63,434 bases of DNA from a virus. Taxonomy: Duplodnaviria; Caudoviricetes. The stretch lies in the IMG/VR virus record IMGVR_UViG_3300020424_000350, positions 1-63,434 of that record, one strand, 5' to 3'. Under the pieces are notes generated by a model. That model did no database searches, had not been told where the DNA came from, and saw nothing but the letters and a program-made list of their open reading frames with translations. Position 1 is the first letter of the stretch, and the number at the start of each line of letters is the position of its first letter. The translations under genes and the position numbers were made by a program. Below, piece after piece: positions 10,022 through 20,630 of this stretch.

Positions 10022-11096
10022 TAGAGAAGAACGAGAATTTTCGTCCCAAGCCCCCGCACCACAGGTAGCGGATATATTAAATACTGGTATTTTTCCAGCG
10101 GCTAGTGGTTTGTTATCAAGAGGATTAGGAGACCCTAATGTTCCTGATAGTAATCCTTATTCTTATACTGGACAACGAATAGCTGATTTTGACCCTAGAG
10201 AACAAAGAGCATTTGGTTTAACTGACCAAGCTATAGGCAGCTATTTACCTTTTTTACAAACAGGAACAGATGTATTAGGTCAGAGTGCTGATGTATTTAG
10301 ACAAGGTATAGGGTCAAGATTTGACCCAACGAGCACTGATGAATTTTTTAATCCATTTTTAGATAGAGTTGCAGGTAGAGTTGAAGATAGAGTCGGTAAA
10401 TTTATTGCAGATAGAACTAATCAATTAAATTTAGGAGCGGCTAGGACAGGTAATCTTGGTAGTGCTAGACAAGGTATAGTAGAAGCAGATATTACTAAAC
10501 AAGGAATAGAAGGATTAACTGACGCGTTAGGTAGTTTATATTCTAAAGGATTTGATACAGCACAAAATTTAGCATTCACAGATTTCACTAGAGGTGCTGA
10601 TAGAGATAGAGCATTAGGTGCTTCATTAGCAGATATTTCAGGTAGAACGTTTAATGTAGCTAATCAATTACCTAATTTACAAAGACAAGATATTAGTTCT
10701 TTATTTTCTACAGGAGGATTAGGTAGAAATAGAGACCAATCTTTATTAGATTTAGATTACCAGAACTTTGTTGGTAGATATAATTTACCATTCCAAAATT
10801 TACAAAACGTTGGAAATATAATGGCGGCTCTTGGTCCGTTGGCAGGTGGTTTCGGTTATGCTGGAGCAATACCTGCAGCAGACGCAACAAACGCTACTGG
10901 TGCAAATCGTTTTGCTCCTGGAATCCCTGGAGTTATAACGAATAATATGGGTGGTTTAAATTACCAAAGTGGTATTATGGGTAGTAACGTAACTCCACCA
11001 ACGTTTGGAAATGTTCCGTTAAACCCTAGTGTATTTCCACAAGGTGTAGCTTCAATATATAACCCAACTAATAATACAGGTAGTTTCTATGGCTAA
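10014..11096 (+). CDS. Internal virion/DNA ejection protein
   Basis: G/Q/A-rich helical protein; FFNPF and GSARQGIVEA motifs. Confidence 0.65.
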   Translation: MASREEREFSSQAPAPQVADILNTGIFPAASGLLSRGLGDPNVPDSNPYSYTGQRIADFDPREQRAFGLTDQAIGSYLPFLQTGTDVLGQSADVFRQGIGSRFDPTSTDEFFNPFLDRVAGRVEDRVGKFIADRTNQLNLGAARTGNLGSARQGIVEADITKQGIEGLTDALGSLYSKGFDTAQNLAFTDFTRGADRDRALGASLADISGRTFNVANQLPNLQRQDISSLFSTGGLGRNRDQSLLDLDYQNFVGRYNLPFQNLQNVGNIMAALGPLAGGFGYAGAIPAADATNATGANRFAPGIPGVITNNMGGLNYQSGIMGSNVTPPTFGNVPLNPSVFPQGVASIYNPTNNTGSFYG

Positions 11097-12855
11097 CGGA
11101 ATAACTGGTCTTAGTCCTTTCCCAACTATGGGCGGTGGAAATCAAGGAGCTCCTGGAATCACTTCTGTAGAAATAACACCAACTAGAGTAAATTTTCCCA
11201 CAGCTAGAACTAGAACTCCTGCACCTGAATCTAATGAATTAACTGGTGCAGAAAAATATATTCCTGGAGTTTTAGGTATAGTAGGTTTAATAGATAATGC
11301 AGTAAATAGAAATAAATATAAAGTTACCACTGAAGGTTTTAAAAAAGAACAAGAAAGAATAAAAAAATTAAACGACGAAGGTTTAATATCTGACGAAGTA
11401 GCAGATGCTGAATTAAAAGCATACGCTATTTATGGTCCTGATAGAGATACAAGCGGAGTAGACGCTATGACTATAGCGGGTACTATAGGTACTTTATTTT
11501 CTGGTAGAACATCTGGAACATCAGCAGCTATAACTAATCAGTTTTTAAATAGAAAAAACACTGAAAACCTATCAATAAATACTAGTAAAAATCAATTTAA
11601 AAAAGAAAGTCTTAAAAAAGATTTCGGTCAAGTAAATATATTAGATTATGCAAACCTTACACAAGGACAAAAACCTAATATTACTTTAGGGATAAGTTCA
11701 GAAAATGATTTCGGCACAGACCTTTTTGTACCTACGGAAGCATTTAAAGGAGACGACCCAATATTAGAAAATGCAGTAACTATTGGTGGTAAAACTTATA
11801 TAAAAAATCCTGAAGGTTTTGTTAAATATACTGAAGGTATCGCAAGGTCTTTAGAAGCTGACGGTAGTTTTAATTTTGCTAGAAAAGACGCACTAAAAGA
11901 TTTAAGACAAAACGTTAATACTCAAAAAGAACAAGACGCTGCTACAGCCAAATTAGTAGGATTAGCAAACCCCGCATTACAAGAACTAAGAAAACAAGCC
12001 GCAGAAAATATGCCAGGAACTACTACAGTAGCTTCTTTCGCAAGTTTCGCAAATGATGTACGAGTAAACTTAAATCAAATTTTCGGTGACGGTAAGATAG
12101 AAAAGTTTTTTGAAGGAGGAGAAGGTGGGTTAGAACCAAATACTTTCGGTAAAAATGCTTCTTCAAAACGACTACTACAGGACCTTTTATCATTAGATGA
12201 AAATTCAGAAACTTATGCGGAAGATGTAAATAAAGCATTAGGTAATTTTATAGATACTGCTGATATAGATTCAAATTCTAGAAATTTCTTAAAAAATAAT
12301 GTACAACAATTAGCGATTAAAAATGCTAAAGTAGCTTCGTTATTTTTAAATATTGCTTATTATGCCGCAGGTACCGCAGGACAAACAGGTAGAACATTAT
12401 CAGATAAAGATTTAGCTAACTTTTTTAGAATTATCGGTGGTGAAGGAAGTCAAGACCCTGCAGTTAAACACGATATTTTATTAGATTTTATAAATAGAAC
12501 TATTAAAGCTAGAAACGATGAAACTGGTGGGGTATTTAGTTTAGCTGCTTTAAGTGAAAGAGACGGTATTTTTGGACCTTATGGTAATTTGAATTTAAAA
12601 AATAAAGAAACTAATGAAAAATTAGGATTATTAAGACCTTTTTACGATTGGGACCCTAATGCGGATGGCGAATACGATTATACAAAACCAAGTAGACAAA
12701 GAACTTTTTTTGAAAGAAATGCTACTGTGCCTAGTATAGTAGAATGGTTATCTAGTAATCAACAAAGATTAGGTGACGGCTTCGAAACATCTAGTGAAGA
12801 AACAGGCACTAAACTAGACACAGGAGACGACGAAAATCCTTTTGCAACCCCATGA
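11089..12855 (+). CDS. Internal virion/DNA ejection protein
   Basis: 588-aa helical protein between ejection genes; GRTLSDKD motif. Confidence 0.6.
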   Translation: MANGITGLSPFPTMGGGNQGAPGITSVEITPTRVNFPTARTRTPAPESNELTGAEKYIPGVLGIVGLIDNAVNRNKYKVTTEGFKKEQERIKKLNDEGLISDEVADAELKAYAIYGPDRDTSGVDAMTIAGTIGTLFSGRTSGTSAAITNQFLNRKNTENLSINTSKNQFKKESLKKDFGQVNILDYANLTQGQKPNITLGISSENDFGTDLFVPTEAFKGDDPILENAVTIGGKTYIKNPEGFVKYTEGIARSLEADGSFNFARKDALKDLRQNVNTQKEQDAATAKLVGLANPALQELRKQAAENMPGTTTVASFASFANDVRVNLNQIFGDGKIEKFFEGGEGGLEPNTFGKNASSKRLLQDLLSLDENSETYAEDVNKALGNFIDTADIDSNSRNFLKNNVQQLAIKNAKVASLFLNIAYYAAGTAGQTGRTLSDKDLANFFRIIGGEGSQDPAVKHDILLDFINRTIKARNDETGGVFSLAALSERDGIFGPYGNLNLKNKETNEKLGLLRPFYDWDPNADGEYDYTKPSRQRTFFERNATVPSIVEWLSSNQQRLGDGFETSSEETGTKLDTGDDENPFATP

Positions 12856-15800
12856 GTACTTTTGCTGAACTACAAAATCAAGCAGTTGCAGAGTTAAAAA
12901 CTCAGCCTGTTTTAGATTTTTTTACAAACCAAACTTATCCTAATTTGTTATACGGTCAATTTCTTAATGATGAGCAACTAAAAAATTTAGCAATATTATC
13001 TAAAAGTAATGTTCAAAAATCATATTTAGAAAACAGAACTGAAAATGAACCTACTTTAGAAGAACTAAAAGAAAATTTTAAAAATGTAACATACCCACAA
13101 AGATTACAACCTTTTTTAAGACAACCTTTAGATTTAGATGTGAATGAATTTTTTCCACTTTATGCGGCTAGATTAAAACAATATGAAGAATCTTTAAAAA
13201 ATAGAGCAAACCCAGAAGAAATATTACAAAGACAACTCACGTATACACGAGGTAATTTTCCAGATAGCTTTGCTTCTGGTACAGAACCCATACCTGTCTC
13301 AACACCCATAGGTTACAAATACACTCAAGAATTAATAAATGCTGGTTACAATCCTGGAAATATTTTAGACGCTACTAGATTTAAATTAGCTATGAACTTT
13401 TTTGCAGGGTCTAATTATACTCCTGATACAGCTAATTATGCTGTAGAAAACGTAGGAGTAGCGGGTCCACGTAATAGTGATTTGATAAAAGCAACTGGAA
13501 TACCTAACCCAAAACTCTATAATTTAGAACCTAAATTCGCTTACGCTATTCCAAACAATCCTAATAATTCTATTGCATATTTTGCAGATATGAAAAACCC
13601 TCAAATACTAGACGCACCTTTTGTGTCAGGGTTAGATTTTTTAGAATTTGGAGCTGCAGAGGGATTGCCCATAATAGCAGAAATTCTTGCAGGTAATAAA
13701 ATAAATCAAAGTAAAAAATTAACTAATTTAATGCAATATGGTATAAAAGATGTAGGCAATATAAGAAAGGCAGCTGGTAAATTAGGTGAATATGGTTTCC
13801 TCGGTACTAGTGCAGCATTAACTTTATTTGGGCAAAGAGTGCTTGGTAAAATGAATGGTTATCATAATTATAGTGGTGAGCAAATGCTATATGAAACAGG
13901 ACTTTTAGCTGCTTTATCAGTGGGAGGACAAACAGTAATTGACGGATTTATGAAAGGTCTTCCACAGGTAGTTAGATTCTTATCAGGTGGTCGTACATTA
14001 GATACGAATGAAATGATAAAAATGAAACAACTACTAGATGAAAGAGCTAAACAATACAATGAGGGCGGTAAATATAAAGATGTATTCGAAGGTAAAGATA
14101 TATCTATAAAAGATATTAATGACGCTATTATTGATATAGCTGACGACGTACAAAGTAAAATAGGAAAATTTGACCCAACAGTAGCTCAAGCAACAAAAGA
14201 CGCATACTATGCAGATTTAGAAAAATTATTAAAAACGGAAGGAGCAACTAATTCAGAATATATAGATTGGTTTAAACAAACTTTAGCAGGTAATGCGGAA
14301 GTACGAGATAAATTTTTTAAAGCTATCTTCGATGGTTTAGATAATACAACAACGGGAGCTACTATAGCGGATGACGTAGGTGGAGCGATAAATAGTGAAA
14401 GGCAAGAATTTGTACAAAGAGGTCAACTTCTTATTAACGATTTTATTGAAGAGTTTGATTCTTTTAAACAAACGGGTGCTAGAAGTGCTGTTGAAGATGT
14501 TTATAGTGCTGATTATGCTACAGAAATAAGACCAGTTTTTCAAAAATTAATAACTGAAAGAACAAACGAATATAGAAAAGTTTTAAATGAACAAGATGTT
14601 GAATATTTAAATGCTTTAGGGTTAAGCGATGCTCCTATAAAAAGAGCTAACCCACAATTAAGAGCGGCAGCAGAGGCTTTAGACGCTGTTAATAATTTTG
14701 ATAATATTGTTAGTAGAGGATTGAGAGCAGGAGATAGAGCTGCTAAAAAAGAAATCGATGAAGTTTTTCCTGCAGACCTTAGAACTCAACTAACCGCATA
14801 CAATAACAATGATTTTACTATTCCAGAATTATTCGCTCTTAGAAAACAAATAGGACAATACCGAAATAGTTTAAATACAAAAATTCCTGCAGAACTTAAA
14901 TTAAATGATAAATTTTTAGCTTTAGAAAATTCTTTAGATAGTCAAATTTTAACAACCGCTAGAAGAGAGTTAAATCCAGCACAGTTTACAGAATTTAAAA
15001 TTTATCAAAGTGAAGCATTTAGAAAAATGTCTGATACTTATAACCCAGTTTTAACTGAAATAGCTAAAAAGAATCCAGAACAAATATTACCTTATTTTTT
15101 AAATCAAACTACTCCTGGAACATCTGTAAATACTCCGTTAAGAAATTTTGTAAAACATTTAGACCAATTAGGAGCTGAAGGTCAAAGTATAAAAAATAGT
15201 TTACAAAATGATTTAATAGATAATATACGATTTAATATTTTTAGTCCTGATAAAACTCCAGTAGAACAAAGCAAAGCATATTTTAGATTTATGCAAGATA
15301 ATAGAGCTTTAGTAAAAGAAATATTTCAAGAAGATAGTGTTTCTAAATTTGCTGACCCTAAGGTTTTTAGAGAAAAATTCTTACCAGAGATAGACGCATA
15401 CGAAGCTAGTCTTCGTAGACTAAACGATACTTTTGGAGAGGGCGATGCTTACAATATAGTAAGTAATATTTTTAATCAATTTGATAATACAGGTCAAGCG
15501 TTTAGTCAATTAGAACAATTAATGAATATTGTAAATTCAAGAGGAAGTAAAAAACTTAAAAAAGATATAACTCAAGTATTTAAAAAATATGTTTTAGACG
15601 CTTCGTCCACCGACGGAGCTTTTGATTTTAATAAATTTCGAAGTTTCGTAAATAACAGATTTACTCCTGATGAAGCTGCTGGTGCTAATTTATCTTTTAG
15701 AGGAGTAGCTAATTTAATTATGGGTAATGAAGCAGGAGATAAATTTGTAAGAAATATGAATGTTTTATCAGAAATGTCTGATAGATTAACACAAGGTTTT

Positions 15801-16268
15801 TTCGATTCTGATACTGCTATAATAAAAAATATGCAAGAAAGTTTTCAAAATCCTGAATTAAATTATTTAAAAAGATTTATTATCCCACCTTTAACTCAAT
15901 TAGGTAGACGAGTAACTGCATTCGAAAAAGCTCTAAGAGAAAGAAATGCTAATTTTTTAAGAACTTTAATTATGGACGCTTCTGAGACAGGTGGAGAACT
16001 TTTTAATAAATATGTAGATGGATTAGAAAATAATCGAGCGGCTCGTACTTTTTTAAAACTATATACTAATTATCAAATAAGAAGTGGTTCTGCATATAAT
16101 TTAACTAAAGATTTTGAACAAGGAAAATACACTACAAAAGAAAAAGATATAATAAAAAATAGACAAGAAGCAGAACAAAAAAGAATAAATGACCTTATAG
16201 GGCAAGAACAAGCAGATACTATAAAACAAATATTAGAGATAGCTAGAAAAGCAGGAGTAGAGTTATGA
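12852..16268 (+). CDS. Large internal virion/DNA ejection protein
   Basis: 1138 aa, helical with hydrophobic segments; largest gene of the block. Confidence 0.6.
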   Translation: MSTFAELQNQAVAELKTQPVLDFFTNQTYPNLLYGQFLNDEQLKNLAILSKSNVQKSYLENRTENEPTLEELKENFKNVTYPQRLQPFLRQPLDLDVNEFFPLYAARLKQYEESLKNRANPEEILQRQLTYTRGNFPDSFASGTEPIPVSTPIGYKYTQELINAGYNPGNILDATRFKLAMNFFAGSNYTPDTANYAVENVGVAGPRNSDLIKATGIPNPKLYNLEPKFAYAIPNNPNNSIAYFADMKNPQILDAPFVSGLDFLEFGAAEGLPIIAEILAGNKINQSKKLTNLMQYGIKDVGNIRKAAGKLGEYGFLGTSAALTLFGQRVLGKMNGYHNYSGEQMLYETGLLAALSVGGQTVIDGFMKGLPQVVRFLSGGRTLDTNEMIKMKQLLDERAKQYNEGGKYKDVFEGKDISIKDINDAIIDIADDVQSKIGKFDPTVAQATKDAYYADLEKLLKTEGATNSEYIDWFKQTLAGNAEVRDKFFKAIFDGLDNTTTGATIADDVGGAINSERQEFVQRGQLLINDFIEEFDSFKQTGARSAVEDVYSADYATEIRPVFQKLITERTNEYRKVLNEQDVEYLNALGLSDAPIKRANPQLRAAAEALDAVNNFDNIVSRGLRAGDRAAKKEIDEVFPADLRTQLTAYNNNDFTIPELFALRKQIGQYRNSLNTKIPAELKLNDKFLALENSLDSQILTTARRELNPAQFTEFKIYQSEAFRKMSDTYNPVLTEIAKKNPEQILPYFLNQTTPGTSVNTPLRNFVKHLDQLGAEGQSIKNSLQNDLIDNIRFNIFSPDKTPVEQSKAYFRFMQDNRALVKEIFQEDSVSKFADPKVFREKFLPEIDAYEASLRRLNDTFGEGDAYNIVSNIFNQFDNTGQAFSQLEQLMNIVNSRGSKKLKKDITQVFKKYVLDASSTDGAFDFNKFRSFVNNRFTPDEAAGANLSFRGVANLIMGNEAGDKFVRNMNVLSEMSDRLTQGFFDSDTAIIKNMQESFQNPELNYLKRFIIPPLTQLGRRVTAFEKALRERNANFLRTLIMDASETGGELFNKYVDGLENNRAARTFLKLYTNYQIRSGSAYNLTKDFEQGKYTTKEKDIIKNRQEAEQKRINDLIGQEQADTIKQILEIARKAGVEL

Positions 16269-16591
16269 GTTTTTACGATGAAGTTTTTCAATATATTGAT
16301 ATGGAAAGAGATATGAAAAATTCTCCTCCGCCACGTAATCAGTACGAAGCAGACGTTTTAAAATATAAAAATAATTATATGAAAGGTATAACCACAGCTT
16401 TACCACAAAGAAGCCCTATAACTCAGTTTACAGTTCCAGTTGAAAATACACCGAAAAACGGTAATTTAGCAAAAGCTACCACTAACCAAAGTAAATTATA
16501 CTCAAATCCATTAGATAGAGGTATAATGACAAACGTAACGGATGTATTTCAAAATGGATTTAGACCGAATAAAACTACATACGGAGCATAA
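16265..16591 (+). CDS. Hypothetical protein
   Basis: GGAG RBS; ATGA coupling. Confidence 0.6.
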   Translation: MSFYDEVFQYIDMERDMKNSPPPRNQYEADVLKYKNNYMKGITTALPQRSPITQFTVPVENTPKNGNLAKATTNQSKLYSNPLDRGIMTNVTDVFQNGFRPNKTTYGA

Positions 16592-16593
16592 TT

Positions 16594-17427
16594 ATGCAAG
16601 GAATAGAGCAATTAACTAACATAATGACAGAGGGCGGTAGGTCAGATGTGCCTATGAGTATGAACTCCTCTCAAGGAATAGCAGGTATGATGCCACCGCA
16701 AGATATGGCGATGATGCAACAAGGACAAGTACCAAACCCTGCTGATTCTGCACCTCAGGGTATCGATATTAATAGCGACGCTGATATGTTAGCTTCAGCA
16801 GTGGTTGGTCGTACTAATGGAGATTTAGATGAGGCGGAGCAAGTATTAGAACAAAGTCTAATGTTAATTAAAACTGCTAAATCACAAACACAACAACCTA
16901 CAATGGCTGCTTACGGTAAACCTATTATGGCAGCAGAAGGTAAACCTATTCCTGACGGTAAAGAAGGAGCGGGTCTTAGAGCATTACCTAACGAAGTCGT
17001 AGAAAAAATGGGTTTTGTAAAAGCTTCAGAAGGTACAGAAATACCAACGCCAACAGAGGAACAACTCAGAGGAATGAGTCAAGCAGATTTTGATAGACTT
17101 TTTAATCTTTCACAAAGGGCTATTTCTGATATGGATAAAAATATATCTCCTAGTGAAAAACTACGTGAAGAAATGAGACGACTTATCATGGGTGCTATGG
17201 CAGCTAAAACACAAACTGGTCGCAGAGTTATGTCTGACAAAGATAGAGAAGTTATGTTAGAGGAACTAATTGTCAAACCCAGAGTAAAGCCAATGAGACC
17301 TAGTAACAAACTAGGAATGGCTTACGGTGGTGATGTTAAAAAAATGATGGGTGGCGGTCCGATGAAATATGCTGACGGTGGTGAAATGGAAGAATACGCG
17401 GGTGGCGGTTTAATCTATTTACCTTAA
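16594..17427 (+). CDS. Low-complexity putative virion cargo protein with (M/Y)AxGG repeats
   Basis: MAYGG, MMGGG, YADGG, YAGGG and AAEGK repeats. Confidence 0.55.
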   Translation: MQGIEQLTNIMTEGGRSDVPMSMNSSQGIAGMMPPQDMAMMQQGQVPNPADSAPQGIDINSDADMLASAVVGRTNGDLDEAEQVLEQSLMLIKTAKSQTQQPTMAAYGKPIMAAEGKPIPDGKEGAGLRALPNEVVEKMGFVKASEGTEIPTPTEEQLRGMSQADFDRLFNLSQRAISDMDKNISPSEKLREEMRRLIMGAMAAKTQTGRRVMSDKDREVMLEELIVKPRVKPMRPSNKLGMAYGGDVKKMMGGGPMKYADGGEMEEYAGGGLIYLP

Positions 17428-18029
17428 ATACCAGTTCTAAAAGTTAAATTAACTCTTTCTCCCCCGCCTTCTACATCAGGTACACTATGAGTAGCGAACA
17501 TCTGTGAGTGTCCATCGAATATAAATAAATCCCCGTCTTCCATTAAATAATTAGTTTCTTTACGAGTGTCTGTAGTATAGATATTCGTTTTACTTGTATT
17601 AGTTTCTTTCTTTATATGATAACCATATTCATGCCATTGAAATATTCTAGGCGCACCAAAAGAAAGCGATACAACTAAATCATTATACGTAGGTACTGTA
17701 TCAGAATGGTGCGGTATACCTTTACCGTCAGTACCATAGTACCCACATAAACAAAATTTAAAATCAACTTCTATATCTAATTCTCTCCGTATAAAAGTTT
17801 CTAAATTACCTTTGATATATTTCATAGGTTGTGTCCAAGCGTCTGGATTATAACTTTTACCTGCATACGAAAATTTACTATCACCGAAACCTCTAGTTTT
17901 TCTACCTTCGATAGTTCTACCTTCGTAAATACGTTTAGTAGGTTTATCCCATTTATCTATAAGAGGGTCGTAACCCTTCATAGCTCCTTTATAAAATTTA
18001 AGCAATCCAATCTCTCCATTTTTCATCAC
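17424..18029 (-). CDS. alkB: AlkB-family 2OG-Fe(II) dioxygenase (ALKBH2/3-like)
   Basis: YY...IPHHSD...VSLSFGAPR.F...GDLFIFDG.SQ...HSVP...RVNLTFR. Confidence 0.88.
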   Translation of the reverse strand: MMKNGEIGLLKFYKGAMKGYDPLIDKWDKPTKRIYEGRTIEGRKTRGFGDSKFSYAGKSYNPDAWTQPMKYIKGNLETFIRRELDIEVDFKFCLCGYYGTDGKGIPHHSDTVPTYNDLVVSLSFGAPRIFQWHEYGYHIKKETNTSKTNIYTTDTRKETNYLMEDGDLFIFDGHSQMFATHSVPDVEGGGERVNLTFRTGI

Positions 18030-19440
18030 CCAATACTTCTTGAGCTAGGTTTAATTTACTTCTTAATGCTTTTACTATCTTTTCATCAACAGTGCCTTTA
18101 GAAACTAAATCGATATATGTAACTTTATTGCTTTGTCCTATCCTATGAGCACGGTCTTCCGATTGTAATCTTTTTTCTAAATCATAGTTATTAGAATAAT
18201 AAACAACTGTATTAGCCGCAGTAAGTGTTATACCATACCCACCAGTTTGTACATTACTAATTAAATATTTCAGTTCTGAATCAGGGTCTTGAAATTTATT
18301 AATTATATTTTGTCTATCTTCCTCAGGAGTATCACCATAATAAGTAGCTACCGCTTCGACTCCTACAGTTTCTTCTAATACTTTTAATATTCTTCGTATA
18401 TCGTATTGATAATTAGCCCAAATAATAGTTTTACCTTGTACCTCTGCTAGTATATTTAATAATTCATCGACACGATTATTTTTTATTTCAACTTCCTCAC
18501 CTTTATCATGTTTTACAAAACCACATACAACTTGATGAAGTCTAAGTATTTGTGTAAGTACAGAAGTTACGCTTACAACTTCATTATCTTCTAGTTCTGC
18601 TAGAGCATAATCTTTTATTTCGTCATATACTTTCTTCTGCTCAGGGGTAAGTTCTACTTCCCTTCGCATATATACTTTATCAGGTAAGTCTAAACATTCT
18701 TTTTTGAGAACTCGGTACGAAAAGTTATTTACTTTATTACTAAGCTCATCTAAATGTTGATACCCTACAACTTGTCTAAAACTTCTTTGTCCCATAGCCC
18801 TATTTATAATTTGAGCATATCTATTTTGGAAAGAGTAATACGAACCATAGCCCAATAATGAAGGAGATAAAAACTCGCTTTGGCTAAATAAATCTAACGG
18901 TGATTGAGTAACTGGAAATCCAGTTAGTATTCTGCGATACTTACAATTTACCGCTAGTTTTAAAAGACTTTTGGTTCGTTGTGCTTTAGGATTTTTTATA
19001 GTCGTTGATTCGTCAACCGCTATCAGTGGGAAGTGGGTATTGATAAATTTATCAACAAACGTTACACCTTTCTTCGTGCTAAATGCTTCAACATTTATAA
19101 CTAATATTTTTAAATCTAAAGTACGGTCAAATAAACTTAATAACTTTTCTTTCTCTTTTTTAGTAGGGTTAGGGTTCCATACACCTACCCTATGTATTAC
19201 GTGGTCAGGTAAATGTGTAGGTATTTCTCTTTCTGACCAATTTTCATAAACACCTTTTGGTGCAATAATTATAGCCGCATTGATTTTACCCCTATCGTAA
19301 AGTACAGCTATATTATCAATAAGGACTTTAGATTTACCTGTCCCCATTTCCATAAAATATGCAAACTCCTCTTTATCCCAAGAGCGTTTTAATGCCTCTA
19401 ATTGATGACCGTAAGGTTCGGTCTTAAATTTATATTTCAT
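17998..19440 (-). CDS. SNF2-family (SF2) helicase
   Basis: MEMGTGKS, DES, LTGFP, GGYGITLT, QSEDRAHRIGQ. Confidence 0.93.
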   Translation of the reverse strand: MKYKFKTEPYGHQLEALKRSWDKEEFAYFMEMGTGKSKVLIDNIAVLYDRGKINAAIIIAPKGVYENWSEREIPTHLPDHVIHRVGVWNPNPTKKEKEKLLSLFDRTLDLKILVINVEAFSTKKGVTFVDKFINTHFPLIAVDESTTIKNPKAQRTKSLLKLAVNCKYRRILTGFPVTQSPLDLFSQSEFLSPSLLGYGSYYSFQNRYAQIINRAMGQRSFRQVVGYQHLDELSNKVNNFSYRVLKKECLDLPDKVYMRREVELTPEQKKVYDEIKDYALAELEDNEVVSVTSVLTQILRLHQVVCGFVKHDKGEEVEIKNNRVDELLNILAEVQGKTIIWANYQYDIRRILKVLEETVGVEAVATYYGDTPEEDRQNIINKFQDPDSELKYLISNVQTGGYGITLTAANTVVYYSNNYDLEKRLQSEDRAHRIGQSNKVTYIDLVSKGTVDEKIVKALRSKLNLAQEVLGDEKWRDWIA

Positions 19441-19676
19441 AGCTACTTTCTTATTTCTAAAGCGGATTATATATTATATTTAAATCAAAATATACTGGAG
19501 TAATAATATTTCTCCGTGCCCTCTAATAGATTTTAGCTAAAACTAATAGGGTACAAACCGTTATAAAAATTAAGTTTTTTAAAACAATCTATTAGTCTAT
19601 TAAAAATATTAGTAGTTCTAAAAACTTTTTTAGATTTAATTTTTTAAATCTGAAAATACTAATAAAAATAATATCC

Positions 19677-19705
19677 TTTACTTTGTCGTTTTAAATTAGT
19701 AAAGT
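19677..19705 (+). promoter_or_regulatory. sigma70-type promoter of the replication operon
   Basis: TTTACT-N17-TAAAGT, followed by an AGAAAGGAG RBS. Confidence 0.6.
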
Positions 19706-19733
19706 AAGCCCTTAGAAATCAGAAAGGAGAAAC

Positions 19734-20054
19734 ATGACAGTATATGTTATACAAGAAGTCCCAGGACGAAACATCACGTCTGCTAGACAGTATGGTGATT
19801 TTGAAGTCTTGTTGCCTTCTAATACTAATATCATGTTAAGTGCTTCACCGTCTATAAAAAGGATGAAACAATCCTTACAAGACTTTAAAGATGAAGATTA
19901 CTTATTACTGATAGGAGACCCTGCCGCGATTGGTGTCGCGTGTTCGGTGGCTTCATATTATAATCGGGGTCGTTATAATATACTAAAGTGGGATAGGCAA
20001 GAAGGTACTTACTATCCTGTCAAAATAGACCTACACGAGAAAGGAGAAATATGA
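19734..20054 (+). CDS. Conserved phage protein
   Basis: Strong RBS; DYLLLIGDP...LKWDR. Confidence 0.75.
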   Translation: MTVYVIQEVPGRNITSARQYGDFEVLLPSNTNIMLSASPSIKRMKQSLQDFKDEDYLLLIGDPAAIGVACSVASYYNRGRYNILKWDRQEGTYYPVKIDLHEKGEI

Positions 20055-20629
20055 CAGAAAATAAACCAACTTTTGAGCAACTAGTCGGAGAAGAAAATGT
20101 TTCGGATTGGGACAAAGATGTTTCTGACGGGGAGCTCTCAACTGTTTCTGCTTTAGCCAATAAACAGCTGAATCTAGAGAAAGAACTTAAAGATTTAGAA
20201 GAAGCTGTAAAGGTTAAAAAAGAAGAACTTAGATTAGTAGCTGAACAAGAACTTCCAGACGCTATGCAAACTGCAGGGCTAACGGAAATAATCTTGAGTA
20301 GCGGAGAAAAGATTACTATAGGAGATTACTATGGTGCTCATATTTCTAAAGCTAATCAAAAACTGGCTTATGACTGGCTTGTTCGTAACGGACATGAAGG
20401 ACTTATAAAAAATGAGGTACTTCTAAAGTTCGGTAGAGATGAAGACGTTGTAGTTAATGAAACTGTAGACGCTCTAAAATCTCGTGGACTAGCTCCAGAA
20501 ATACGTCAAAGCATTCACCCTAGTACTTTAAAAGCGTTCGTAAAAGAACAACTTAGTAATGGAGTGGATATTCCGAGTGAACCATTTGGTGTCTTTGTAG
20601 GCACTAAAGCAACTATAAAAAAGGTGTAA
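20051..20629 (+). CDS. Conserved phage replication-region protein
   Basis: Coiled coil plus IHPSTLKAFVKE motif. Confidence 0.7.
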   Translation: MTENKPTFEQLVGEENVSDWDKDVSDGELSTVSALANKQLNLEKELKDLEEAVKVKKEELRLVAEQELPDAMQTAGLTEIILSSGEKITIGDYYGAHISKANQKLAYDWLVRNGHEGLIKNEVLLKFGRDEDVVVNETVDALKSRGLAPEIRQSIHPSTLKAFVKEQLSNGVDIPSEPFGVFVGTKATIKKV

Positions 20630-20630
20630 T

